Of a DNA stretch of 64,000 nt, positions 22,872-35,300 are shown in pieces. The position numbers were made by a program, and so were the translations under genes. The notes under the pieces are model-generated. The model made no database searches and was not told the origin of the DNA. It saw only the letters and a list, made by a program, of their open reading frames with translations. Positions within the stretch are counted from its first letter, which is position 1; every line of letters starts with the position of its first letter. The stretch spans positions 248,001-312,000 of the forward strand of contig OW569361.1 in NCBI GenBank assembly GCA_937625935.1, read 5' to 3'. The DNA is from Tetramitus jugosus. Lineage: Eukaryota > Protista > Heterolobosea.

Positions 22872-25800
22872 CTACGATTGACAGCGCGAAGTGTCAGTGC
22901 CACGTAGCAAGAAGGGCATCTGTGAAAGTTGTTCTAAGCGTGGACGCTTAGAGGGCAGAAACTGCAGGCATGCAGTCACAAAATCTGACACGTCACTTGG
23001 TAGTTGCGAGAGAGTGAGATCTTGTTTTAAGGCGTTATTTGTGCTGGTCGAAAAGGTTTCCTTGTGAATCTCTTGGATCCATTCCCGCTGTTTCATGTCT
23101 TTGACGCAGGCACGACAAAAGATTTGAATATCAGATTCAGATGGACAGGACAGTTGCATCATTGTTGATAAAATGGTTCGAGTATCACCCATAGAGATCA
23201 GAGGTTGACTTAATCGAGCTTCAGGTGATTGAAGCATGTACAATGTCAGGCATCCAATGGACCACACATCTGATTCAAGGAAAATGGACCGAACAAACAG
23301 TTCTGGAGCAGAGAAATACTAAATGGAATGTTAGTTAGATTTTTGTTCTTTTTCCAAAAACAAGGCAATGTACCACATACCGCTCCATCATCACTCCGTT
23401 CGTTGCCTGTTGCAGCTTTCATGAGACCAAAATGTGTTAGCATTGGCTCAGTTGGAGATGTAGAGTCCAATAAAATATTCTCAGGTCTAATATCTCTGTG
23501 TACGACCTGTTTGCTATGCAAATATTGTATTGATTGCACCAACTTATAAATTGAATAGACTTAGTAATTGTCAATCTAAAATTACAAATGACAATAACCA
23601 AACATACCCTTCGAATAAAGTGCGCCACTCCATCTGGATTGTGAGTGAACATGTTCGGTTGCGCCTTAATCAGCTTATTTAGGTTTATGTCCATGCGTTT
23701 CATGATAACAAATGTGTGAGTATCTGAGGCGATAATTTCATAAATAGGTACGATAGTATTGTGTATCAGATTATCTGCAATTGCTATTCCCGCAGGAAGA
23801 ACCTTGATCGCAACGAGTCGATGTTGTTGTAAATCAATGGCGACAAACACTCTTGATGTTCCTGTGTTAATTGGATACACTACACAAACAGAAATGTCAA
23901 TCAAATTAATTCCTTGATAAGCAACAAAAATAAACAGGATAAACTTACACAACTTGTACTGTCCCTCAAGTGGATAGTATTCGTCTGAATTGCAGTCCCC
24001 ACAAACATTAATGGAAGTCACAACCTCTCGAAACTTCTTTTGAAAGTCACTATCCAATTGTTGAAGATTGCATAGGTATTCCTGCTTTGCTTCCTGATAT
24101 TGCTTCGCTGCTGTTTGGGTGTGAATTCTCTTGTCTTTCTCATATTGAAGTCTCTTTAGTTTGTATTGTTGTCTTGCCATGAGTAGTGCAGATTTATCAG
24201 CGACGGGAATGAGTGATATCTCCTTCTTGTATGCTGCTTCAATCTCATTACTAAGAGATTTATTGTCGAACTCAAAAAATTCTTCATGCTGTCGTATAAT
24301 ATTAATTCTCGTGTCGGTAAGAGTTTGGCGATGCTGTTCGATGCCCATTTTCAGTTCATTCTCTACCTCTTCTACTCTTGAATTCAATGAGGAGTATACA
24401 TCATGAATTGCAGAGAAAGTCTCTCCCATAATCTGTAATTTCGATTGATTATTTAATTCGTCATTAAACACACTAAGAACCAAGGCAAAATTCGTTTTTT
24501 CAACTTCAGTCAATACAAAATCAGCACTTTCAACATAATTAAAATTGTGTAGCTCCTTAATCACTGCTTGAAGATCCTTTGGATTTAGATGTTGTGTTCT
24601 ATAATCCATGTCAGATATAATAATTTTCTTTGTTTTCGTATCTAAGGAGTTGATGGCATTTTGAACCACACTCTTCCAAACAACAATGCTTTGATCCTTA
24701 TTCGAAGTCGTTACAAGTACATCTTCTTCGTGATAATATGCAATAGATGTTATTTCATGCATATGAGCTTTCGATTTCTTAATTTCAACCATTCTTCGAT
24801 CGTCTAAACCTGCTGTCTCGTCAGTAATAACTGCCTTGTACAAAATAAGCTCTCCATTCGAATTACCAACAAACAACACATCATTATGACTGTCATATGC
24901 CATACAACTCGCACAAAAAGATAATTTCGTATGTTCCACTTCAGCACTCAGATCCCATATTCTCGTCACATCACCCACGTTCGAAAATATAAGAAACCCT
25001 GTATAGTCAAGAACAGACATGGCTGCAATTTGCTTGGAATATCGATTGCCCATCTGTACAATCACTCTTCCTGTATCTCTTTCATATCGTTTCACAAAAC
25101 CATTGGCATATCCCAAAACAATAACACGAGGTATATCATGATATGCAATGGCTGTGACAGGTGAGAGGAAGTTTACATCAAAATACATTCGCTCTATTTG
25201 TCCGTCCTTGAGGGACCAAAGTCTCGCTGTTCCATCCTCTCCACCACTAATCAAATAGTCGCTTGACAAGACAAAAATCACATTGACTGCACTCTTGTGC
25301 GAATAAATCGACTGTTGTTCTACCTGATGATCACTCGAGTTGCTTGTTGTTGGTGTTATTGTAGTCGTCGTAGATGCAGGTGTTGTTGCTGTTATGTTGC
25401 TGTCGCTCATCAAATTATCACCATTACCAGTCGACGATCCAACAGTAAAGGATGACGACAACGACGACAGTGATGAGGATGAGGACCCAAAAATCGTCAC
25501 AAGTTCTCCATTCTTGACACTATACGCTCTCAATAATCCATCCGAATCACCAGTGACCACACAATCCCCGATATCTCCACCCAGTGACACCACCGATGCA
25601 CAAACATGATGAATACCATTATGTTGATGTTGCTCATTCACTGAATCAACTTGCTCTTCACTGCTCACTCCTCGACTCAAAAAATGAAACTTTTTCCACT
25701 TGGTTGTCTTTGTTGAACAATCAATCATTTCCATAAATGTCCGATACAGGACAATTACCATGGAAGTGGGGGTAGCACTACTACAACCACCAGTACTGGT

Positions 25801-25959
25801 TGTATGATTGTGTGTGGTGATGGTTTGATAACAAGCATAAATCACTCGCTCTTCTTGATCGACTCCGTGACCAATGCGATCATTAATGTGAGAGAGCTCA
25901 GCCTTCTTGCTGATGGAAATTTGATTCGTGTTCACAAAAAAATCAAGCCACTTCCTCAT
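22872..25959 (-). CDS. WD40-repeat + coiled-coil + (pseudo)kinase protein (4 exons)
   Basis: WD repeats (LISGGEDGTARLWS; SIVVWK), then kinase motifs VAIK, HRDIRPENIL, THFG in place of DFG, SAPEL and DVWSIG. Introns 23948-23880, about 23606-23543 and about 23380-23319. Confidence 0.8.
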
Positions 25960-26142
25960 TTGTTTGTCTTTTTGTTTGTTTGCTTTTGTGTGATACAATC
26001 GTGTATGATTGATTTGTTTGCTGCTTTCTCGATATCGGTCTAAAAAGGTTTGTTGAGCTTTGTTGTTCCTTTGAGTTGAGAGTTACCCGTGCGCTAATTC
26101 CACGTTTCAAGTTCGCGCGAAAAAATCTACAGAAAAACGAAA

Positions 26143-28178
26143 ATGAAGCAGAGAAATCAACTTTGGTCGAGCATGCTGAAGTATCTCTCCACAATCATCA
26201 TTTTAATTCTTTTTGCTAGAATCACGACAACTTCCGCCACAACAAACGACAGGAACACCACGATATATTATTTTCCAAACTGGGACAGTGTTCCCTCAGT
26301 AGCCGTCTCGAGAAGCAATGAACATTCGAGCCGCTTTGGAAATTGTGTTTGCAAAAAGTTTTTCAATCAGTGTACTCCTAATTGCTGCTGCGACCCTGAT
26401 TGCAATTCACTTTCACTGCTATCGTAAGTTATTACTCTATTGCTATCATGTCATTCAGAAAAAGTAACCGAATATTACTTTCATATTCACAGATTCACGC
26501 AGTGCAATATGGAAAAATCTCGGATTCTGGAGAACTTTAAATGTGTGGCAGACAATGTGTTAATGTACAAGAACTTACCCAAGAACATCAAGGCGAACAA
26601 TTGGGAGAACTTGGGTACTCCAACTCCTCTGTTCTGCGTCTATTATGATTCAAGTATGTAGTTCGAAATCAAGAAATTCCTATGTCTTGTCTAACTGTTT
26701 CTATTTTAGGTCCCATACAAGGAACTTATTATGAGGAATTACCTGACTTTACAGACAGTGATATCTCCAACGCAATTTCCCAAGATTTGAAAAGGGAGTA
26801 TAGGAGAACAAACCACTTTGATGAGGGTTACAATGACAACCCTGCGGACGACACAAACCCCGTGTACACCTATGGTAGTAGCATCTACGTAGCACTGAAA
26901 ACAAACACTCCGCTTGGCGTTGAGGCTACGACGAAACCCGATTCTCTGCTAAGAATACCTCAAAAGTTGTTCTCAGAGATGTGCGACGATGGAGTTTCAG
27001 TGTCATTTGATCAAAATATGACTCCTGATGTTTGTTATAGGTACATTACAGACCTGGAGAAAACATGCAATACTTTGTCAGCCTCTCTCTTAACAACAAA
27101 AATGCTGATATACAACAATCCGAAGCGAGCCTCCTTTGTCGAAGTGAATATTCGATCGATACATGAGAATACCGGAAATGGATCTCTTGTCACTCTGAAC
27201 TCGCTGAAAGAAGCACTATACTCTGATAATATATGTTCATTCGCCTTATCCTCCCTTCAATACTACATCACGAGCTCTTACAATGGAACTATACTATTTG
27301 TCGATGCAGATGTTGTTTTAACGAATATTACCAGCGATGTAACCTTGTATCCGATGGCCTATGGAGTCACGTTTTTAATCGAGAATAGTGTGGAATCTAT
27401 AATATCGGGACAGGTACGTCCCAATAGTGGAAATCCTGGCTATTTACTGGGATCTCCTGTAATCGCAGGTATTCAGATCACGAATGAAGTTGTAAATACA
27501 AATAGCGAACAAACAATGAAAAATGCCGTAGCTCAAAATAAGAATGGAATTGAGCTACCAATAGGACTCAGTTGTTCAGATCAAACAACTGTGGTAGGTT
27601 TTGGAGAAGATCTCGTGACAGCATGTCGAATTGAATTGACATTAGCAGAACTCGAAAGCTTTTGCTTGGCCAACGATATAGATGTTCTAGGACAAGTAGA
27701 ATCATCCTTTAACTTAGTAGGTCGGTTTGGTAGTGCAAACTACTTGCACCGTATTGATTGGGTACCCATAAACACTGCTGAGGTTCCGAAATCCACATGG
27801 AATGCCGCATCTCAAGTATGCAATAATCTTGCGGCTGGATTGCAATATGAATTCATCACTGCTAAAGCATCTTCAAAATACAACGAGCAATGGAGAATTG
27901 GAGGAGTTCGGCGCTCCAGATATGGCTTAACATGGAAGTTTACTAATTCTGATCCAACGACTAAACAAGCATTCTGGATTCAATTTCGGGCGAAATTTGT
28001 GAGTTTAGCCTCACAAGACACGATTGTTAAAGTGTCAAAGGTTCCCAACTTACTACCCACTCTCCCTGAAGATGTCTTCTATCCATTTTCGCTGTTCTCA
28101 ACCTCTACTCGAAAATTGTACACTCCCATCCTGACTTTGACTCTATCACTAATGTCTTTGTCCCTCTGTTTGATATAA
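26143..28178 (+). CDS. TCTN: Tectonic family ciliary transition-zone protein (3 exons)
   Basis: Signal peptide; CVC...CTPNCCCDPDC; SGNPGYLLGSPV; LPEDVFYPF; hydrophobic C-terminal tail. Introns 26424-26492 and 26654-26709. Confidence 0.92.
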
Positions 28179-28194
28179 TAAATTAACGAATTGT

Positions 28195-29967
28195 TTATGA
28201 ATTGTTTAGCTTAATCCCAATGTTCGTATCTGCATGTTGTTTTCGGTAGGACACCTTCGCTACGTTTGATCCAAATTGCATGGCTCTCTTCACAAATGTA
28301 CAAGTTTGAATTAATCCAACATTATTTGCTGCCAACCTTAGAATTTTTTTGTCACCTGGTATGCCACTCGAGTTCTCATCCAAACCCTCAAAATTAGCAA
28401 TAATCCACAAAGGAATTGACCTCACAAACATGACAAAATCTTCGTCCAAAAAAGGATTTCTGACCTCGCGGCCGTGATATGAGATAACTCTATCGTCTCT
28501 TCCCAGATTTCGCACCCATAATCTAGATACATCCATATCCATTTCATTGTTGAGTGCATTCCATTTTTCAGAATCTCCACCTTTTGTTCGATCGAAAGCA
28601 TTTTTGTGTCGCTTATATCCACCGAGTTGTTCGTCAGATCCTATGCCACACAAAAGAACGCGAGCTGTAGAAGTTATTGGTGCTTTTGTATTATAGCTAT
28701 CGGTTCCATCATACTCGTACCCAACACCTCTCGAAGCAAACCATAATGCTGATCCAATATTGAAATCGATAACAGTGGATTGAGGATAAATGAGTTTTTC
28801 TATGGTTCCACGCACTGGTTCTAGTTCAGACTCTAGGATATCGCTAAATATCAACCTGAATGGTGCATCTGGATACAATTGTTTCAGTTCATTAAAAGCA
28901 ATTATTGACTGTTTTCTATCCGCAGAATTATTGATCTGTTTAAAATCAACACCAAACGACACATTCAATAAGTCAATGTGATAACCTAAACTACCACCTC
29001 TCTCTTCTCGTAGACACAAATAGGAAAGTGCTGCTAAAATGACGGAATCAATCCCTCCACTAAACAAAATACCAATATTCAACTCAACTGCATTATCAGA
29101 ATTCAAGATATTCGTCACACGTTTTCGTACTGCACTCGTCAACTTTTCCAAAAATTCATTCACAATGGTATCCATATCAAACGTTGCTGTGTCTTCAGCT
29201 GTTGGAACAATGAATGTTCTTGGAGCCAACACCCACTTCTTTCCATTTGCATCAGCATAAATATCAGGCCAGGATTTAACAGTGAGAACTTTGGTAGCAA
29301 TATCATAACAAAAGATACCACATGTGGACACCGATCTCCAATCATTATTGGGGAAAATAGGCTTCAAATCACAAGCGACAGAAGACAAAACAAACAATTT
29401 GGTTTGCTCATTGTAAATGTACAACAAACTCCTCCTTCCTAGCACATCTCGGCCAAAATAAACCTTTTGTGATCCATGATCATAGTACACAAACGAGAAT
29501 GGACCCTTCAAATCACTGAACACGTCATACAAATCACTCTGATTCGAATTGGCGTCACTCAATCGATTTAACAAGTAAGTTGTGTCATTGTTCAGTCCAC
29601 ACTCGTACAACTGACCATTCCATGACAAAATATTGCCTTTTGTGTCTTGAATAGGCTGAAAAACAGGAGATGAGCCTCTAAGAGCCAACAAACTTGCTTG
29701 AAACGAGATGTAGTGTCCAGCATCAGTGTTGGCATCACCTGTAAAGGCTTTTACTGTGTGAGAACGGGTGCCGTTGGGTCCTCTTGGTGCAATTGCCTCG
29801 CAAATACGTTGTTCTACCAACGAGAAGGAAGACGCATTTGTCAGTTGCTCATCACTGCTGCAGCCATTAAGCTCGCTCGCATGATCAATTTCATTGTCCT
29901 TGTGGGTGTTCAACAACACATGATCAAAGGACTCGACTGTAGACAAAACACAACCAATTCCACACAT
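28195..29967 (-). CDS. ASNSD1: Asparagine synthetase domain-containing protein 1
   Basis: MCGI N-terminus, RGP, GRDVLGRRSL, LFSGGIDS, GIGSDEQLGGY, RNLGRDDR and KRAMQFG motifs. Confidence 0.92.
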   Translation of the reverse strand: MCGIGCVLSTVESFDHVLLNTHKDNEIDHASELNGCSSDEQLTNASSFSLVEQRICEAIAPRGPNGTRSHTVKAFTGDANTDAGHYISFQASLLALRGSSPVFQPIQDTKGNILSWNGQLYECGLNNDTTYLLNRLSDANSNQSDLYDVFSDLKGPFSFVYYDHGSQKVYFGRDVLGRRSLLYIYNEQTKLFVLSSVACDLKPIFPNNDWRSVSTCGIFCYDIATKVLTVKSWPDIYADANGKKWVLAPRTFIVPTAEDTATFDMDTIVNEFLEKLTSAVRKRVTNILNSDNAVELNIGILFSGGIDSVILAALSYLCLREERGGSLGYHIDLLNVSFGVDFKQINNSADRKQSIIAFNELKQLYPDAPFRLIFSDILESELEPVRGTIEKLIYPQSTVIDFNIGSALWFASRGVGYEYDGTDSYNTKAPITSTARVLLCGIGSDEQLGGYKRHKNAFDRTKGGDSEKWNALNNEMDMDVSRLWVRNLGRDDRVISYHGREVRNPFLDEDFVMFVRSIPLWIIANFEGLDENSSGIPGDKKILRLAANNVGLIQTCTFVKRAMQFGSNVAKVSYRKQHADTNIGIKLNNS

Positions 29968-30150
29968 GATTATCACTGAATAGTTTTTCTTTCGCGACAA
30001 TGCACATGTTCAATTTCGCCAATGAAGTTGACAATAATGCCGCTTACAAATTTTTGATTCTCCGCCTGGAGAGAACAAAGGTCGGGGACAAAATTTTTTA
30101 ACGAAACAACGAAACACAAAGTGTGAAGAGAAGACTCAACCATCACAAGC

Positions 30151-31265
30151 ATGCAGAGAAGAGACGTCGAAGTAAACTACGATTCTGAGGATAGCTACGA
30201 TCCAGACGCAGATGAAGAAATCACAACCACTGCCTCTCCTCAACCACAACAACCGACTGAAGACGAAGAAATTAATTATGTGCAAGTGGCAGTTGAACCA
30301 CAAACAACAGCCACTTCAAATGTCACACCCATCCAAAAGAAGGAAAAAACTGATAAGAGAAAGGGCAAGGGTAGTGGAAAGACGGCTGGAGCTAAGCCAA
30401 AATCGGCTAAGCAACCAGCAACAAGCAAGGAGGCAACTCCAGCAGCAGCAACTGCCACTCAAACACACGCAAATGCTCAGGCACCTAAGGCAGCAAACGT
30501 CACTAAGAAGACTCAAGTGAGTATCACAACTAAATATTGATCAACAGCTTTGAAACCAACACCATCATTTACTAACCGTTTTCTTATTGTCAATGTAATT
30601 CATGCAATCTTTAGAAGAGAAGAGTGAGAAAGGTGATTGTTGTTTCCAATGTCGAAGTATCTGCTCCATCAACAGACGATGCATCATTGCCTGTGGCTGA
30701 ACAGGCCGCAGAGGCAAGCACCAAACAACAACAGAAATCAACAGACGAAAAGAAGAAGAAGAACAAGAATAACAAGAAGGTTGTTAAGAAGTTTGTTGTT
30801 GTCGATGCCACTGGTGAGCAAGACAAGACTTCTACACCTGTCGACGCCACAACCGCAACTTCTACCACTGCTGCCAATGGAGAAGCTGCAAAGAAGCCTG
30901 AAAAGAAGAATAAGAAGTCTCAAAATCCTAATGCTGCAGTATCCACAAAGAAGGCTCCAAAAGACAATGTTGTGCAATCCAATTCTCAAAAGAGTGATGA
31001 AAATAAGAAAAATAAGAGCAGCAACAACAGCAACCAACCAAAAGAGAATGCACCAAAGAGCAAGCGATATTCTCAGCGACACTCCAATGGTAATGCCGGA
31101 GCTTCTGGTGTGACAGATCCAAATGCAGCATACATGTATCCTACCAACTCTACCCCATTCGTCCCAATGCAACATACTCAACCTAGCACAGGAACGAGAA
31201 GCACTGGAAAGTTGAATGCACAGGCAGCGTCCTTCATACCAGCGAGCATGATGAAGCCAATTTAA
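30151..31265 (+). CDS. Low-complexity Lys/Ala/Thr-rich protein with a C-terminal PAM2 (PABP-binding) motif (2 exons)
   Basis: Intron 30517-30614 (GTGAGT...ACTAAC...TTAG) joins two ORFs in frame. KLNAQAASFIP matches PAM2. Confidence 0.7.
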
Positions 31266-31672
31266 GTGTGATCATCGCATTATGCCTCCTGCCGTTTGTT
31301 GATCATGATTTTATGGATGCACTCTGCAGGATCAAACATATGAAAAAGCGATTGGATGAGCAGTAATATGAGCAGATTGATGCTACTACCAACGCTAGAT
31401 TTACCTGATCTTACGAGGTCAAGAAACAGTGAGTTAGAACTCGAGGAGGAAGAAGTAGATTTGGAAAGTGAGCATACGATCCCAGTCACTCACCAGATCA
31501 TGCAATGGCTTTTGCATGATCCGCAACATGGCCTACTAGCTTTTGCCACGTCGGCTTTTCGGACAATCAAGTAAATATCCGCGCTTTTTTTCACCGAACT
31601 TTTGTTGGTCCGACCACGCAAAACAACAACATTTTTTTGGTGATAACTTTATTATTGATACATTAAGCGAAA

Positions 31673-32041
31673 ATGGGAGGAGGTTCAGGCATCAAATTCG
31701 ACCCAAAGATTGAGGCATTCCACAACTACAGAGACAACATGCACAAGAACTTTAGGTTCAACCGTGCCAATGTTGTGAGAACTCTTGTCTTTGCTGTGAT
31801 CATCCCTTCTTTCCTATATTTGAAGATTAAGCAAGAAGTGGTATGTCAAATTCATTTCCAATTCAGAAATAGTAGAAAGCTGAAAGTCTGACTTAAACAT
31901 GATTGCTTGAAAATTTTATTATTTTTCGTTCTTTAGCTCAAATTCGGAGGACAGACCACAGATCCAACACATAGAGCAGGAAACATGTTCTCTTTCCTTC
32001 CTGCTCCAAAGCAACAACTCAACGAAGAAGAAGATTTCTAA
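31673..32041 (+). CDS. NDUFB4: Mitochondrial complex I subunit NDUFB4/B15 (2 exons)
   Basis: MGGG...DPKIEAFHNYRDNMHKNFRFNR followed by a TM helix (LVFAVIIPSFLY). Intron 31841-31936. Confidence 0.8.
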
Positions 32042-32314
32042 GCGTTATATTTTGGCTTGAAAGCTTTTTTCATGTGTGGTGGACAACGAGGCGACACACA
32101 AGATTGGCTTCACACAACCCAAGGGCAATTTCCATTTGTAATTACAATAAATAACAATAATAAAACAAACGAGGATTACATGAGATCATCACTCTCTTTT
32201 CACAACGAGAAAATGCCTCCTCTCGCATTTTCTGGTTTGATCACTCTTTCACTTGAACAAATTTTTTGTGCTTCTCCCAAAAAAACCGCAATCAAACAAA
32301 CACACAGAGGAACA

Positions 32315-35300
32315 ATGGAGACATCATCATCAACAGAAGATTTCTCCACACAGCAAAATAATACAAACGGTGGTGGTGATGTTGTCGATCAGAACAACGA
32401 TCAACAACAACCACTACCAGATTCTCGAAAAGACTATTTTCAGTATCAATATTTTACGAGTGATGTGAAAAGTGTAAATGAATTGATTGAAAAATTGGAT
32501 CAACTGATTTTGGAGAGCAAGCGAGGATCATCATCATCATCATCATCACTGACGACACTACGAGATTCATTTGAGAGATTCTTGTTGGAAATGTGTTGGA
32601 AGCTATACTACGGCAGTAGTTCAAGTCAAAACAATCACTTTCATTTTGATGTGAACGAGTTGATCAACGTGTTGACAAGCACTCGAAAAAATACTGCATT
32701 GAAATTGCGTGGTGATGATAATGGTAGTGTTGGTGGTGAGCCAATGGAGACAGAGGAAGGAGAAAATGAAGAGGATTCGATTCATGATGATTGGCCATTT
32801 GTCGATGCTAGTTTACTTTTTTTGGATGTGATTAGCATTTTTGATTGTCAACATTTGTTGTCGGCCAATTCGGATGAAGAGACGGATGAGTCTGTTCACT
32901 TGTCTGACATTACTGTTTCATTGATTAAGCAATTGTTGATTCACAAGTTTATTACGCTGAATGAGATGAAAATCTATTTGAGTACGAATAGCTTGGGTCA
33001 CTCTGACTTGTTTCCATCGTCGTTTAACGACAAGAAATTTGTAATTTTAAAAACGAGACTATTGTAAGTGTTTGGAAGCCGCTTTAATGTATTGAGTTTA
33101 TCAACGAATTGTGACTGACAATTTTTTTTTCGAGTATAGCTATCAACAAAAGAGATATAATTTATTTAATGAAGAGACAGAGGGATACTCAAAACTGATC
33201 ACAGAGTTGCTATCCGTACCATCTTCGACAAAGAAGGAGATTGAACAATTGAAGGAAAGAGTACAGTCATTGATTGGTTACTTTGACTTAGATCCAAATA
33301 GAGTGTTTGATCTTGTCATGGACACAGCTGAGATCTTCTTGCACAATTTAAATTTTATGGATTTGCTATCCTTGTTTAACAGGAGTAACATTGGCCATAT
33401 ACTAGGATTTAAATTTCGATTTTATCATGGAGTTAAGACCCCGGCACGGCTATTCAAATGTGCTGCCCTTCTCATCAAGAATCAGGAACTACGATTGATG
33501 GATTTGTATCCTCACTTGTATCCAGAGAACGATAATGATGTGAAGAGTAAGCTATTTGATTTTGAACAAGAGAAGTTCCAGGAGGCCAATCAAGTTGGAG
33601 TTGTTAATTTGAACCAGGATACATCACAAGAAGAAGTACAGAAAGCGACTGAGCCGAGAAATGACGTGCAAATTCCTTCCATTTTTGATAATAATCAAAA
33701 GATTGGGCTATTGGCTGCTCTTTTGAAGGTGGGAGCTTGTACTGATGCAATTAACATGCTCGACAGCTTATCTACTCCTTCTGTTCCATTTTCCTTCCAC
33801 CCAAGCGTATCAAGTGCGCTTTCTGATGCTTTAACAATATTGATTGATCCGATTTATGAGAAAATGGCACCTAGTCGGATATCAGACACGAATTATGATT
33901 CCAATGAGAAGTTTGAATGCTCTCAAAAGGATGCTCAGCTACTATCAGATGTTGTATTCCCTTTGCTGTATCATCTTGGCCCAGAGTTACACCATAGTTT
34001 AGTGCTGTTCACAAAGTTAGTCCGTGTTGTGAATGAGTACATTTTCTATCAGCGACAGAGTACACACGATAGTGTGAAGCCTGAGTATTTGAGTGTGTTG
34101 GAAATTTTCCTGTCTGCTCTCTGTTTTATTCCATTGAACACTGGTTTGGTGTACGAGATTTGGTCAATCCTAGCCAAGATGAATTTTGAGAATCGATTTA
34201 GTGTGTACTTTATGACAAAGGATAATGGCTACACGAATAACTACAAGATGGTTGCTCAATACAATCTGGCATCAAAGGATATTAAAGCTTTACTCAAGCG
34301 TCTCTCGAAAGAAAACACAAAGACACGAGGAAGAGCCATTGCAAGGATAGCACACAGTAATCCAATTGTTGTTGCTGAGAAGATTTGTGAGATTTGTGAG
34401 AACTATGAAAACCTAATCCCAGTTATCGTAGATGCACTTCGCTATGTCACACCTCTGTTTCACGATGTAATGACATTTTGCATCATTCAGCGATTGATAA
34501 AGGAACCTGTGAGACCAAAGTTAAAGGATGATGCATCATCAATTGCCTCCTGGTTGGCTAACTTAGCAACTCTACTGGGATATCTATTCAAGAAGTATAC
34601 GTCAACAGACTTGGAACCTATCATTAACTACGTTCTCAATCAGATCAAGGGAGGCGGATGGGAAGATTTAATTATTTTGAAAGAGTTAATCCAACACATG
34701 AGCGGTATTGAGATCATTGATGACTCAATTGGACTTCAACAACTGTATGCCCATGCTGGTGGAGAAGTATTGCGAACTGAGTGTGGCGGTTTCACAAGTA
34801 TCGCCTCAAGAACGTTCAAGAGGAGTATAAACAAACTAAAGGAATCCTTTCTCGACTCAGGAAAGGGAAAAATGCTGTTGTTACTAACAGCTAAGCTCTG
34901 CTCCTCTATATATAGTTTGCATGACGAGGCAGATATGCCAGACGCCTATCTCAAACTAGTGATGGAATCAAAGGACAAGAGTCATGAAGTATTTATGTTG
35001 ATACTGCGATTTATTGAAAGAAACATACCAATTTTCATCGAAGAAGACAATTTGGATGTGTCACAAACACCAAACAAAGCTCTGAAGTGTATCTCTGTTC
35101 CAACTGTCCAGAAGATGATATCATTCGGTATTGATTCAGAGCTAGCTTATAGTATAGTAAGAAAAACTTTAGGTTATGTTCCTTCACAGAGCGGATTTGA
35201 TGAGAGTCTTGTCGACAGCGCAATCGATAAGAAAGTAGGCGATATCAGTGAGTCAATTTCTAAGGATGAAATATTGTGGCAGATCATACCAAAAGATCTC

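Noticed and set aside
32057-32314. N-terminal extensions in the ORF track from TTG/GTG starts (also 40456-40497, 41923-42081, 45634-45756)
   Set aside because: The genome is eukaryotic. These are A-rich 5' leaders or promoters upstream of the first plausible ATG.
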